Sequence record: PQ898399.1
Reading direction: 5' to 3' (one strand)
Length of the DNA: 64,000 bases
How positions within the stretch are numbered: the stretch's first letter is position 1; every line of letters begins with the position of its first letter. This document shows, piece after piece, positions 1 through 8,586 of the stretch. The notes below the pieces were generated by a model, which was given only the letters and a program-made list of their open reading frames with translations, had not been told where the DNA came from and ran no database searches. Both the position numbers and the translations under genes were made by a program.

Positions 1-186
1 TTGATGAATCATTATACAATCAATATCAATGACGCTGAGCGTTATAGAGTGACTCTAGCCAACAAAAATAAACTGTCTGAGACATTAAAACGTCTTAAAG
101 GTACAGTGACTGATGAGCTGGTCAAAAGCATTACCAAAAACGTGAAAGAACAAAAGCAACTTAAAAAATTAGCATTGGAATGGTAA
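1..186 (+). CDS. 62: Clamp loader small subunit gp62, C-terminal part (5' truncated by window edge)
   Basis: Ends [16 protein letters not shown] as T4 gp62 does; directly upstream of regA. Confidence 0.9.
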   Translation: MMNHYTININDAERYRVTLANKNKLSETLKRLKGTVTDELVKSITKNVKEQKQLKKLALEW

Positions 187-187
187 A

Positions 188-553
188 ATGATTGAAATTA
201 CTCTGAAACAACCTGAAGATTTTCTGAAAGTGAAAGAAACCCTAACTCGTATGGGTATTGCTAATAACAAAGATAAGGTACTATATCAAAGTTGCCACAT
301 TCTTCAGAAACAGGGCAAGTACTACATCGTTCACTTCAAAGAAATGTTGAAGCTTGATGGTCGTCCTGTTACTATTGATTCTGAAGACTACATCCGTCGA
401 GATTCAATTGCCCAACTGTTACAAGGATGGGGCTTACTTGATATCGTGACTCCGGATGTTCATCTTGCTGAAATGCAGAATAACTTCCGTGTTATCACAT
501 TCCAGCAGAAATCTGAATGGACTCTCAAATCAAAATACACGATAGGTGCATAA
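188..553 (+). CDS. regA: Translational repressor RegA
   Basis: MIEITLKQPEDFLKVKETLTRMGIANNKDKVLYQSCHILQK is nearly identical to T4 RegA as recalled; position 62-regA-43. Confidence 0.97.
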   Translation: MIEITLKQPEDFLKVKETLTRMGIANNKDKVLYQSCHILQKQGKYYIVHFKEMLKLDGRPVTIDSEDYIRRDSIAQLLQGWGLLDIVTPDVHLAEMQNNFRVITFQQKSEWTLKSKYTIGA

Positions 554-714
554 TGTTTGAAGGTACTCCGCAAGAACAACTAGCTCGTCAAATTGCTTCA
601 CTTAAAAGTCAGTTCTCGTCAGATGGCACTCCTCTTTATCCAGAAGGAACAGTGATTACTCTGCCATACAAAGACGAAAATGATGTAATTCAGTATGAAG
701 AAATTACGCTTTAA
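553..714 (+). CDS. Hypothetical 53-aa protein between regA and 43
   Basis: ATG overlaps the regA stop (TAATG); followed by a terminator hairpin. Confidence 0.65.
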   Translation: MFEGTPQEQLARQIASLKSQFSSDGTPLYPEGTVITLPYKDENDVIQYEEITL

Positions 715-716
715 TT

Positions 717-736
717 AAAGGGCCTTCGGGCCCTTT
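717..736 (+). terminator. UUCG-loop hairpin terminator
   Basis: AAAGGGCC-TTCG-GGCCCTTT. Confidence 0.85.
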
Positions 737-773
737 CTGCTATCAGCAGAGCGGAGTATAATAGACATACCAA

Positions 774-791
774 AGACCAATCACTCGGTCT
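774..791 (+). promoter_or_regulatory. Gene 43 autogenous translational operator hairpin
   Basis: AGACC-AATCACTC-GGTCT: 5-bp stem with 8-nt loop just upstream of the gene 43 SD; the T4 operator loop is AAUAACUC. Confidence 0.8.
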
Positions 792-813
792 ATAGGAAAA
801 ACTAAGGAAACTC

Positions 814-3522
814 ATGGCACAAGAATTTTATATCTCTATTGAAACCGCAGGTAATGACATCATTGAACGTTATATTGACTCCAATGGTGTAGAACGTCAA
901 CGACGAGTTGAATATTCTCCAACTATGTTTTCTCATGCTCAACAAGGTGTGAAGACAAAGTTCTTTGATATCTATGGGAAACCATGTGTCAAGAACACAT
1001 TCCCAACCATGAAAGATGCTCGTGATTGGATTCGTCGTATGGAAGATATCGGTCTTGAAGCCATGGGTATGGATGACTTCAAACTTGCTTATATCTCCGA
1101 CACTTATGGTTCTGAAATTGTTTATGACAAGAAATTCATTCGTGTTGCGAACTGTGACATCGAAGTTACAGGTGATAAATTCCCAGACCCAATGAAAGCT
1201 ATGTATGAAATCGATGCAATCACTCATTATGATTCAATCGATGATAAGTTCTACGTTTTCGATTTGCTGGATTCTCTGTATGGCTCAGTTTCAGAATGGG
1301 ACGTGAAGTTAGCTGCACGAAGTGATAAAGAAGGCGGTGATGAAGTTCCGCAGCATATTCTTGACCGTGTAGTGTACATGCCATTCTATTCAGAGAAAGA
1401 ACTTCTGTTGGAATACATCAATCTCTGGGAACAAAAGCGTCCAGCAATTTTCACAGGCTGGAACATTGAAGGCTTCGATATTCCATACATCATGAACCGT
1501 GTTAAGCATGTATTGGGTGAACGTTCAATGAAACGATTCTCTCCAATCAATCGAGTGAATTCAAAACTCATTCAGAACATGTACGGTGAAAAAGAAGTAT
1601 TTAGCATCGATGGTGTAACAATTCTGGATTACATGGATTTGTACAAGAAGTATTCATTCACGAACCAACCAACTTATAACTTGGACTACATCGCTCTGTA
1701 CGAGACTAAACGTGGTAAGTTGCCGTACGATGGTCCAATTAACAAACTTCGTGAAACAAATCACCAACGATACATTAGCTATAACATTATGGACGTTGAG
1801 TCCGTAGGTGGTATTGACCGAGTTCGCGGATTCATTGACCTGGCACTTAGTATGTCTTATTATGCAAAGATGCCGTTTGGCGGTGTAATGTCTCCGATTA
1901 AAACTTGGGACGCAATTATCTTTAACTCCCTGAAAGAACAGAACAAAGTTGTTCCTCAAGGTAAGCGTCATATCAAGCAAAGTTATCCAGGTGCATATGT
2001 ATTTGAACCATTAGCATGTGCTCGTAAGTACATCATGAGTTTTGACTTAACATCTCTGTATCCGAGTATCATTCGTCAGGTGAATATTTCTCCGGAAACT
2101 ATTGTTGGTCAATTCAAACTTTATGATATTGAAGCTTATATTAATAAGACTGCACCACGTCCAAGTGACGAGTATTCTTGCTCACCGAACGGTTGGATGT
2201 ATCGTAAAGATATTGAAGGTGTCATCCCAGTAGAAATCGCTAAGGTATTCTTCCAGCGTAAAGATTGGAAGAAAAAGATGTTCGCAGAAGAACGTAACGC
2301 AGAAGAAATTAAGAAAGTTCTGGCAGCTGGCGTATTCGGTGACATTGATACTCCAGATGAAACTCGTTACACTCAGTACACTGACGAACAGAAAGCGTCT
2401 CTGAATAAGTACACGAAGTTGGTTTTGGAAACTATGCTGGCTCGATGTGAAGCTGCTGCTATTCTAGCAAATACAAACCAGTTGAACCGTAAGATTCTTA
2501 TCAACAGTCTTTATGGCGCTTTGGGTAACATCTACTTCCGTTATTATGACCTTCGTAACGCATCTGCTATTACACTGTTTGGTCAAGTAGGTATTCGTTG
2601 GATCGCTCGTAAAGTTAACGAGTATCTGAATAAGGTATGTGGAACTGAAGGATTTGATTTCATCGCAGCAGGTGATACTGACTCAATCTACGTTTCAGTT
2701 GACAAAGTTATTGAAAAAGTAGGTCTTGAACGTTTCAAAACGACTGACGAAGTGGTTGAATTCATGAACCAATTCGGTAAGAAGAAAATGGAACCGATGA
2801 TTGATACTGCTTATCGTGAACTGTGCGAGTACTTCAATAACCGTGAACATCTTATGCACATGGACCGAGAAGCTATTTCTTGTCCGCCGCTTGGTTCAAA
2901 AGGTTGTGGTGGATTCTGGAAAGCTAAGAAACGTTATGCACTGAACGTTTACGACATGGAAGATAAGCGTTATGCTGAACCACACTTGAAGATTATGGGC
3001 ATGGAAACTCAGCAATCCTCTACTCCAAAAGCGGTTCAGAAAGCACTGGAAGAAAGTATTCGTCGTATGGTTCAAGAAGGCGAAGAATCACTGCAAGAAT
3101 ACTACAAACAGTTTGAGAAGGAATATCGTCAGCTGGACTACAAAGTTATTGCAGAAGTTAAAACTTGTAATGACATTGGTAAATATGACGATAATGGTTT
3201 CCCTGGTCTGAAATGTCCATATCACGTTCGTGGTGCACTGACTTATAATCGTGCAACAGCCGGATTCTCTGTCACTCCGATTCTCGAGGGTAACAAGGTG
3301 ATGGTTCTTCCACTTCGTCAGGGTAACCCATTTGGTGACAAATGTATTGCATGGCCATCTGGCACAGAACTTCCACAGGAAATTCGTCAAGATGTTCTGG
3401 CTTGGTTGGACTACACGACTCTGTTCCAAAAGTCTTTCGTTAAACCACTTGCTGGTATGTCAGAAGCTTCTGGATTAGACTATGAAGAAAAAGCGTCTTT
3501 AGACAATATGTTTGATTTCTAA
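814..3522 (+). CDS. 43: B-family DNA polymerase gp43
   Basis: Exonuclease DIEV motif, FDLTSLYPSII, KILINSLYG and GDTDS motifs; C-terminal clamp-binding tail SLDNMFDF; 902 aa, unsplit. Confidence 0.99.
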   Translation: MAQEFYISIETAGNDIIERYIDSNGVERQRRVEYSPTMFSHAQQGVKTKFFDIYGKPCVKNTFPTMKDARDWIRRMEDIGLEAMGMDDFKLAYISDTYGSEIVYDKKFIRVANCDIEVTGDKFPDPMKAMYEIDAITHYDSIDDKFYVFDLLDSLYGSVSEWDVKLAARSDKEGGDEVPQHILDRVVYMPFYSEKELLLEYINLWEQKRPAIFTGWNIEGFDIPYIMNRVKHVLGERSMKRFSPINRVNSKLIQNMYGEKEVFSIDGVTILDYMDLYKKYSFTNQPTYNLDYIALYETKRGKLPYDGPINKLRETNHQRYISYNIMDVESVGGIDRVRGFIDLALSMSYYAKMPFGGVMSPIKTWDAIIFNSLKEQNKVVPQGKRHIKQSYPGAYVFEPLACARKYIMSFDLTSLYPSIIRQVNISPETIVGQFKLYDIEAYINKTAPRPSDEYSCSPNGWMYRKDIEGVIPVEIAKVFFQRKDWKKKMFAEERNAEEIKKVLAAGVFGDIDTPDETRYTQYTDEQKASLNKYTKLVLETMLARCEAAAILANTNQLNRKILINSLYGALGNIYFRYYDLRNASAITLFGQVGIRWIARKVNEYLNKVCGTEGFDFIAAGDTDSIYVSVDKVIEKVGLERFKTTDEVVEFMNQFGKKKMEPMIDTAYRELCEYFNNREHLMHMDREAISCPPLGSKGCGGFWKAKKRYALNVYDMEDKRYAEPHLKIMGMETQQSSTPKAVQKALEESIRRMVQEGEESLQEYYKQFEKEYRQLDYKVIAEVKTCNDIGKYDDNGFPGLKCPYHVRGALTYNRATAGFSVTPILEGNKVMVLPLRQGNPFGDKCIAWPSGTELPQEIRQDVLAWLDYTTLFQKSFVKPLAGMSEASGLDYEEKASLDNMFDF

Positions 3523-3527
3523 AGCAT

Positions 3528-3556
3528 TGTACATTACCACACGGATGTGGTATAAT
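3528..3556 (+). promoter_or_regulatory. Early-type promoter variant with internal inverted repeat
   Basis: TGTACA-17 bp-TATAAT; TACCAC/GTGGTA inverted repeat in the spacer. Confidence 0.65.
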
Positions 3557-3581
3557 TCTCCTATACACAAAGGAGAATAAA

Positions 3582-3806
3582 ATGATTTACTCAATCACAG
3601 ACGATAGCTACATTCCAGTACTGAAGTTCAATCTCAAAAGCACTTTTTACTTCCTGAGTGCTGGTGGTGCTGATAAGATTTTCTTTGACGATGGCATTGA
3701 AATCACCGAAAAGAATCTACGAGCTAAACTTAAAGAGACTTCTATCGTTAACATCTATCGTGAAGATGAAAGTGATTGGACTTATAAACTTGTAACTCAC
3801 AGATGA
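3582..3806 (+). CDS. Hypothetical protein, 74 aa
   Basis: Strong SD (AAGGAG) directly behind a promoter. Confidence 0.75.
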   Translation: MIYSITDDSYIPVLKFNLKSTFYFLSAGGADKIFFDDGIEITEKNLRAKLKETSIVNIYREDESDWTYKLVTHR

Positions 3807-3816
3807 GGATATTGAA

Positions 3817-4257
3817 ATGAAATTTTTAGCAGTAGCTGCTGCTATGTTACTGGCAGGTTGTGCTTATCAAGGAGACACTGTTCATGCTAGTACTGTAGGG
3901 CAAGTTAAGTATGTAGGCGGCACCGGTTTGGTGTATGCTCGTTCAAACCCTCAAATCAATCAGTCTTCTGTTCGTGCAGGTGAAGAGTATCTTGCTCAGC
4001 AGCAGGCTAATGACCCTATCGCTCGTGACCAAGCGCGCGTTATGAAAAAGCAGCGAGAACTTGACGCTACTTATGAAAAGCGAGTAGCCGCTCGTAAATG
4101 TCAGTTTGTCATTGAAGCACATGGTGCTGCTTTATATCAAACAATGTATAATAATCCTACCCGCAAAAATATCAACGCATTTGAAAACTTCAGGTCTTCT
4201 GGCCAATATGAAGCATTTAAACGTTGTATGAAGAAAAACTACGAAGAGGCAAAATGA
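3817..4257 (+). CDS. Predicted lipoprotein at the imm.1/imm position
   Basis: MKFLAVAAAMLLAGC signal peptide with lipobox LAGC; SD GAGG. Confidence 0.75.
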   Translation: MKFLAVAAAMLLAGCAYQGDTVHASTVGQVKYVGGTGLVYARSNPQINQSSVRAGEEYLAQQQANDPIARDQARVMKKQRELDATYEKRVAARKCQFVIEAHGAALYQTMYNNPTRKNINAFENFRSSGQYEAFKRCMKKNYEEAK

Positions 4258-4991
4258 TTGTAACTCCACTGACTAACGAAGATATTCGTGATGAACTGTG
4301 CCATGCTCTGTTCAACGAGATGTTTGTAATTGACAAAACTGGCGCAAAGACCATTGAGTTAATTGGTCCATCTTTTGTAGTAACCGAAGATTCAATTTTC
4401 GGAACAGTTAACCAAGAATATGTTGAACGTGAACTTGCGTGGTACAAATCCAAGTCTCTGTTCGTGAAAGATATTCCGGGTGGTACTCCAGCAATTTGGG
4501 AACAAGTTTCATCTTCAAAGGGTGAAATTAACTCAAACTATGGCTGGGCAATCTGGTCTGCTGAAAACTATAATCAATTCTCATTCTGCGCAACTGAGCT
4601 GATTGAAAAACCAGATTCTCGTCGTGCAATTATGATTTACACTCGTCCAAGTATGCAAGTTGATTTTGAACGTGATGGTATGAGTGATTTCATGTGCACT
4701 AACACAGTTCAATATCTTATTCGTGATGGTCGTGTAAACGCTGTCGTTAATATGCGAAGCAATGATGTTGTATTTGGTTTCCGCAATGATTATGCTTGGC
4801 AGAAATATGTGTTAGAATCATTAGTAGAAACAGTTAATGCAGGTTCTGGTGAAAAATATGTTCCAGGTGACATTATTTGGAACGCTGGGTCTCTGCACGT
4901 GTATGAGCGTCATTTCTATCTGGTTGACCATTATCGTCAAACCGGCCGGATTGATGTTAAGAAATCTGACTACAAAGGCAAATGGAAATGA
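4254..4991 (+). CDS. 42: dCMP hydroxymethylase gp42
   Basis: EINSNYGWAIWS, DSRRAIMIYTRP, MSDFMCTN, MRSNDVVFGFRNDYAWQ and GSLHVY match T4 gp42; start taken at ATG 4254. Confidence 0.96.
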   Translation: MIVTPLTNEDIRDELCHALFNEMFVIDKTGAKTIELIGPSFVVTEDSIFGTVNQEYVERELAWYKSKSLFVKDIPGGTPAIWEQVSSSKGEINSNYGWAIWSAENYNQFSFCATELIEKPDSRRAIMIYTRPSMQVDFERDGMSDFMCTNTVQYLIRDGRVNAVVNMRSNDVVFGFRNDYAWQKYVLESLVETVNAGSGEKYVPGDIIWNAGSLHVYERHFYLVDHYRQTGRIDVKKSDYKGKWK

Positions 4992-5818
4992 TTCAATTTG
5001 TAATTCCGAGTTACAATCGTGTCGGGGCAGTAACTGCCCTGGATATGTTCCCTACTGGTTATGTACCTCATTTAGTAGTTCGTGAGTCTCAGAAAGAAGA
5101 ATATGAGATGCATTACAGCGCGTTAGCTAAAATCGTAACTATTCCAGATGATGTAAATGGCATTGCTGGTACTCGTCGTTTGATTACTGAAATGTATCAA
5201 GGCCAACGAATCTGGATGCTAGACGATGACACTACAATTCATACCACTGAGATTCGTGCTAAAGACGACCGTCGTATTCTTCATGATGTTGGAATGACAT
5301 GGGACGAATTCAATAAACTCACACAGTATGTTGAAGCAGCTATGGACTGTGGATTCTATCACGGCCATGCTCGTTTGCCTATTTTCAAGATTGATTCTAA
5401 GTGGGGTCATTTCCGTGAGAACTCTTATGGATTCACTAACACTTTCTACGATTTAAGCAAACTTTCTGCTGATGACATTGGATATGGTATAGTAGACCTG
5501 TCCGAAGATACATACGCATTCCTTAAACTCATTAATATGGGTTATCCTCATCTGGCGATTTTCAAATATCTCGTCAAATCTGGCAAAGGACAAGCTCCAG
5601 GCGGCGTATCATCTATGCGTAATGCAGCTAAACAAAATCGCGCATTAGAAAAAATTCATGCTGACTTCCCAACTCAAGCTCGTTGGAAATCAGAAGGTGA
5701 CCCAACCAAAACTATGTTTGGCACTGACGAGCCTCTGAAAGTACTTCGTATGTGCGTAGCCAAGAAACAAAAGTCAGATGCTTTCAAAAAATTCAGTGAG
5801 ATTGAGCCTACTTTATGA
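4988..5818 (+). CDS. Beta-glucosyl-HMC-alpha-glucosyltransferase-like glycosyltransferase (GT-A fold)
   Basis: MIQFVIPSYNR start, LDDD DxD motif and SEDT motif resemble the T2/T6-type second glucosyltransferase; overlaps genes 42 and bgt. Confidence 0.82.
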   Translation: MIQFVIPSYNRVGAVTALDMFPTGYVPHLVVRESQKEEYEMHYSALAKIVTIPDDVNGIAGTRRLITEMYQGQRIWMLDDDTTIHTTEIRAKDDRRILHDVGMTWDEFNKLTQYVEAAMDCGFYHGHARLPIFKIDSKWGHFRENSYGFTNTFYDLSKLSADDIGYGIVDLSEDTYAFLKLINMGYPHLAIFKYLVKSGKGQAPGGVSSMRNAAKQNRALEKIHADFPTQARWKSEGDPTKTMFGTDEPLKVLRMCVAKKQKSDAFKKFSEIEPTL

Positions 5819-6891
5819 AAATTGCTATCCTGAACTTAGGTAACAACATCCAGGGGTTTAAAACAACCCCTGCTTCTGAGACAATTTATCTGTCCGAATG
5901 CTTAAAAGATATGGGGCTTGATGTTGACCTCATTTCAATGAAAAATACTCAATATGGCATCGCATTTGATGATGTCCCAGACCCGAATGTATATGACCGA
6001 GTTCTGGTAGTTAATGCTTCTCTGAACTTCTACGGTGGTGAAGAGAACAAGATGAATAAAGCGGCTTATATGTTCTTGAACAAATATAAGTCAAAGATTT
6101 ATTATCTGTTCACTGATATTCGTCTTCCGTGGGAACAAGCGTGGCGCCGAATGTCGAAGAAAAAATGGTCCAGTAAATACACTGAAGAGCAGTTCATTGT
6201 TCGCTCTCCAATTCGTGTAATTTCTCAGGGCCGTGACCTTGAACAAGCTAAACGAATTCACTCTGACCGTTTAGTTGGTGTCTCTAAAGACCGAATGGAA
6301 TTTGTACACTTCGCATTGGACCGGCATAAGATGTATCACAGCGTCTTCAAGATTGCTGCTGATGGCATCAAAATGCGTGACCTGATTTATGGTGGAACAT
6401 TCCGTTCAGGTAATCGCGAAGCTAAGATGGTTGAATATCTGTTTGACACTGGCCTGGATGTTGAGTTCTTTGGTTCAGTAAAGGCAGACCAATTCAAGAA
6501 TCCAGAATTCCCTTGGACTACTCCTCCAGTATTTCCTGGGAAGGTAGATTCTCGTGAAATGGTTCAACGTAACTCAACCGCGTATGCTACTATCGTACTC
6601 GGTGATAAGACTTACGATAATAACCAAATCACTCCTCGTGTATGGGAAGCTCTGGCATCTACTGCAGTGGCATTCTTCGATAGCACATTTGACCCTGACA
6701 TGAATATCATGGAAGGCAATGAGTTCTTCTATGTGAGCAATCGTCAAGAGCTTGTTGACAAAATTAATAAAATCAAAAACGACGAGGACTTTAGAATTGA
6801 AACTCTCGAATATCAGCATAAAATTCTTCAAAAATATCTTGATGAAAAACCAATTTGGCAAGCTGAATTCAAGAAAGCAATTGAAATCTAA
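5815..6891 (+). CDS. bgt: DNA beta-glucosyltransferase
   Basis: MKIAILNLGNNI, KYKSKIYYLFTDIRLP, YGGTFRSGNRE and GDKTYDNNQITPRVWE parallel T4 BGT. Confidence 0.95.
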   Translation: MKIAILNLGNNIQGFKTTPASETIYLSECLKDMGLDVDLISMKNTQYGIAFDDVPDPNVYDRVLVVNASLNFYGGEENKMNKAAYMFLNKYKSKIYYLFTDIRLPWEQAWRRMSKKKWSSKYTEEQFIVRSPIRVISQGRDLEQAKRIHSDRLVGVSKDRMEFVHFALDRHKMYHSVFKIAADGIKMRDLIYGGTFRSGNREAKMVEYLFDTGLDVEFFGSVKADQFKNPEFPWTTPPVFPGKVDSREMVQRNSTAYATIVLGDKTYDNNQITPRVWEALASTAVAFFDSTFDPDMNIMEGNEFFYVSNRQELVDKINKIKNDEDFRIETLEYQHKILQKYLDEKPIWQAEFKKAIEI

Positions 6892-7054
6892 AGAATACAC
6901 CACCGACTCTGTCGGTGGTCATTGTAATGCTTGTTGTTACACACCTTGTCAAAATGATTCACCGCATTGCAATCCGCTTTAAACCGTAGTTGATATAATT
7001 ACTCTATCTTAAACCTGTGAGAAAAATATTATGGAGACTTATGGAAAATAATTA

Positions 7055-8218
7055 ATGTCTGATTTAAAATCTCGTCTGATTAAAGCATCCACTTCTAAAA
7101 TGACCGCATCTCTGGATAAATCCAAATTCTTCAATGAAAAGGATGTAGTTCGTACTAAGATTCCGATGCTTAATATCGCGATTTCAGGTGCATTAGATGG
7201 TGGCATGCAATCAGGTTTAACAATCTTTGCGGGTCCGTCAAAGCACTTCAAGTCAAATATGAGTCTGACTATGGTTTCCGCTTATATGACAAAATATCCG
7301 GATGCTATTTGTCTGTTCTACGACTCAGAATTCGGTATCACTCCAGCATATCTTCGTGCAATGGGTGTTGACCCGGACCGTGTAGTACACACTCCTGTGC
7401 AATCTGTTGAGCAGCTTAAGATTGACATGGTCAACCAGCTGGAAGAAATTGAACGCGGTGAGAAAGTTATCGTATTCATCGACTCCATCGGTAACCTTGC
7501 TTCTAAGAAAGAAACAGAAGATGCTCTGAACGAAAAATCAGTTGCAGATATGACTCGTGCGAAATCACTGAAGTCTCTTTTCCGTATTGTTACACCTTAC
7601 TTCTCTATTAAAAACATTCCATGCGTTGCGGTTAACCACACAATCGAAACAATTGAGATGTTCAGTAAGACTGTGATGACTGGTGGTACAGGTCCAATGT
7701 ACTCAGCAGATACTGTGTTCATCATCGGTAAGCGTCAGATTAAAGATGGTACAGACCTTCAAGGTTATCAGTTTGTTCTGAATGCTGAGAAATCTCGTAC
7801 CGTTAAAGAGAAGAGTAAGTTCTTCATTGATGTTAAATTCGATGGCGGTATTGACCCATACTCTGGTCTGTTGGATATGGCGCTGGAACTTGGTTTTGTA
7901 GTTAAACCTAAAAACGGTTGGTATGCTCGTGAATATCTGGACGTAGATACCGGTGAAATGGTTCGAGAAGAGAAATCATGGCGTGCAAAAGATACTTCAA
8001 GCACCGCATTCTGGGGCCCTCTGTTTAAACATCAGCCATTCCGCGATGCTATTAAAAATCGCTATCAGTTGGGTGCTATTGAAACCAATGCAGTAGTAGA
8101 TGAAGAAGTTGATGCTCTGATTAATTCGAAGACCGAAGAGTTCCATGCTCCGGAAGGCGAAGTAAGAGCAACTCCAGCTTCAATCGAAGATGAACTGGAA
8201 AATTACGATGAAGAATAA
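7055..8218 (+). CDS. uvsX: RecA-like recombinase UvsX
   Basis: MSDLKSRLIKAST start; GPSKHFKS P-loop; DSEFG. Confidence 0.98.
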   Translation: MSDLKSRLIKASTSKMTASLDKSKFFNEKDVVRTKIPMLNIAISGALDGGMQSGLTIFAGPSKHFKSNMSLTMVSAYMTKYPDAICLFYDSEFGITPAYLRAMGVDPDRVVHTPVQSVEQLKIDMVNQLEEIERGEKVIVFIDSIGNLASKKETEDALNEKSVADMTRAKSLKSLFRIVTPYFSIKNIPCVAVNHTIETIEMFSKTVMTGGTGPMYSADTVFIIGKRQIKDGTDLQGYQFVLNAEKSRTVKEKSKFFIDVKFDGGIDPYSGLLDMALELGFVVKPKNGWYAREYLDVDTGEMVREEKSWRAKDTSSTAFWGPLFKHQPFRDAIKNRYQLGAIETNAVVDEEVDALINSKTEEFHAPEGEVRATPASIEDELENYDEE

Positions 8219-8576
8219 TTTCGAGGACTTAGACCTCGATTTGACTGAAGTTGAAGTTCAGGACGAAACCCCCTCTCAGGAGGGGGAATTTGAAAGAACT
8301 GAGCGGATGTTTAAAAAGAGTCTAGAAATAGTCCAAAAGGCTATGGAGAATGTCGTTCAGGAAATCCTGATAACCCTAGAGGATGGCGAGGAACATATCG
8401 TATATGTTACCTCATTACACTTGGATGAAAGCGGCCAGGTGTCACTAGAGTTCTCTACGTTGGACGAATCACGAAAAGCCGACCTTGCACCACATGTTGA
8501 AAAATGTATTAAAATACAAATTCAACAGGCTCACGCCGAAATTATGAGAAAGAAAAAACGTTTCAAACTATTTTAA
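8208..8576 (+). CDS. 40: Head vertex assembly chaperone gp40
   Basis: AMENVVQEILITLEDG..HIVYVT and LAPHVEKCI; located between uvsX and 41. Confidence 0.93.
   Translation: MKNNFEDLDLDLTEVEVQDETPSQEGEFERTERMFKKSLEIVQKAMENVVQEILITLEDGEEHIVYVTSLHLDESGQVSLEFSTLDESRKADLAPHVEKCIKIQIQQAHAEIMRKKKRFKLF
8269..8286 (+). promoter_or_regulatory. GC-rich hairpin inside gene 40
   Basis: CCCCCTC-TCAG-GAGGGGG, a 7-bp stem in AT-rich DNA; T4 has a transcription termination/pause site between uvsX and 41. Confidence 0.45.
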
Positions 8577-8586
8577 TGAGGTTATC

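Noticed and set aside
802-2345. Several 60-141-aa minus-strand ORFs over gene 43 (and similar ones over uvsX, 39, nrdA, nrdB, pseT)
   Set aside because: Antisense shadows of well-conserved genes; no supporting signals
4224-4253. Longer upstream starts given by the ORF track (e.g. 4224, 8190, 15443, 29002, 30267, 34373, 41717, 48571, 51534)
   Set aside because: SD positions and recalled homologue N-termini favour the downstream ATGs used in the feature list
6752-6982. Cys-rich ORF end (HCNACCYTPC...HC) after bgt
   Set aside because: Mostly an alternative frame over bgt; no SD or suitable start in the intergenic part
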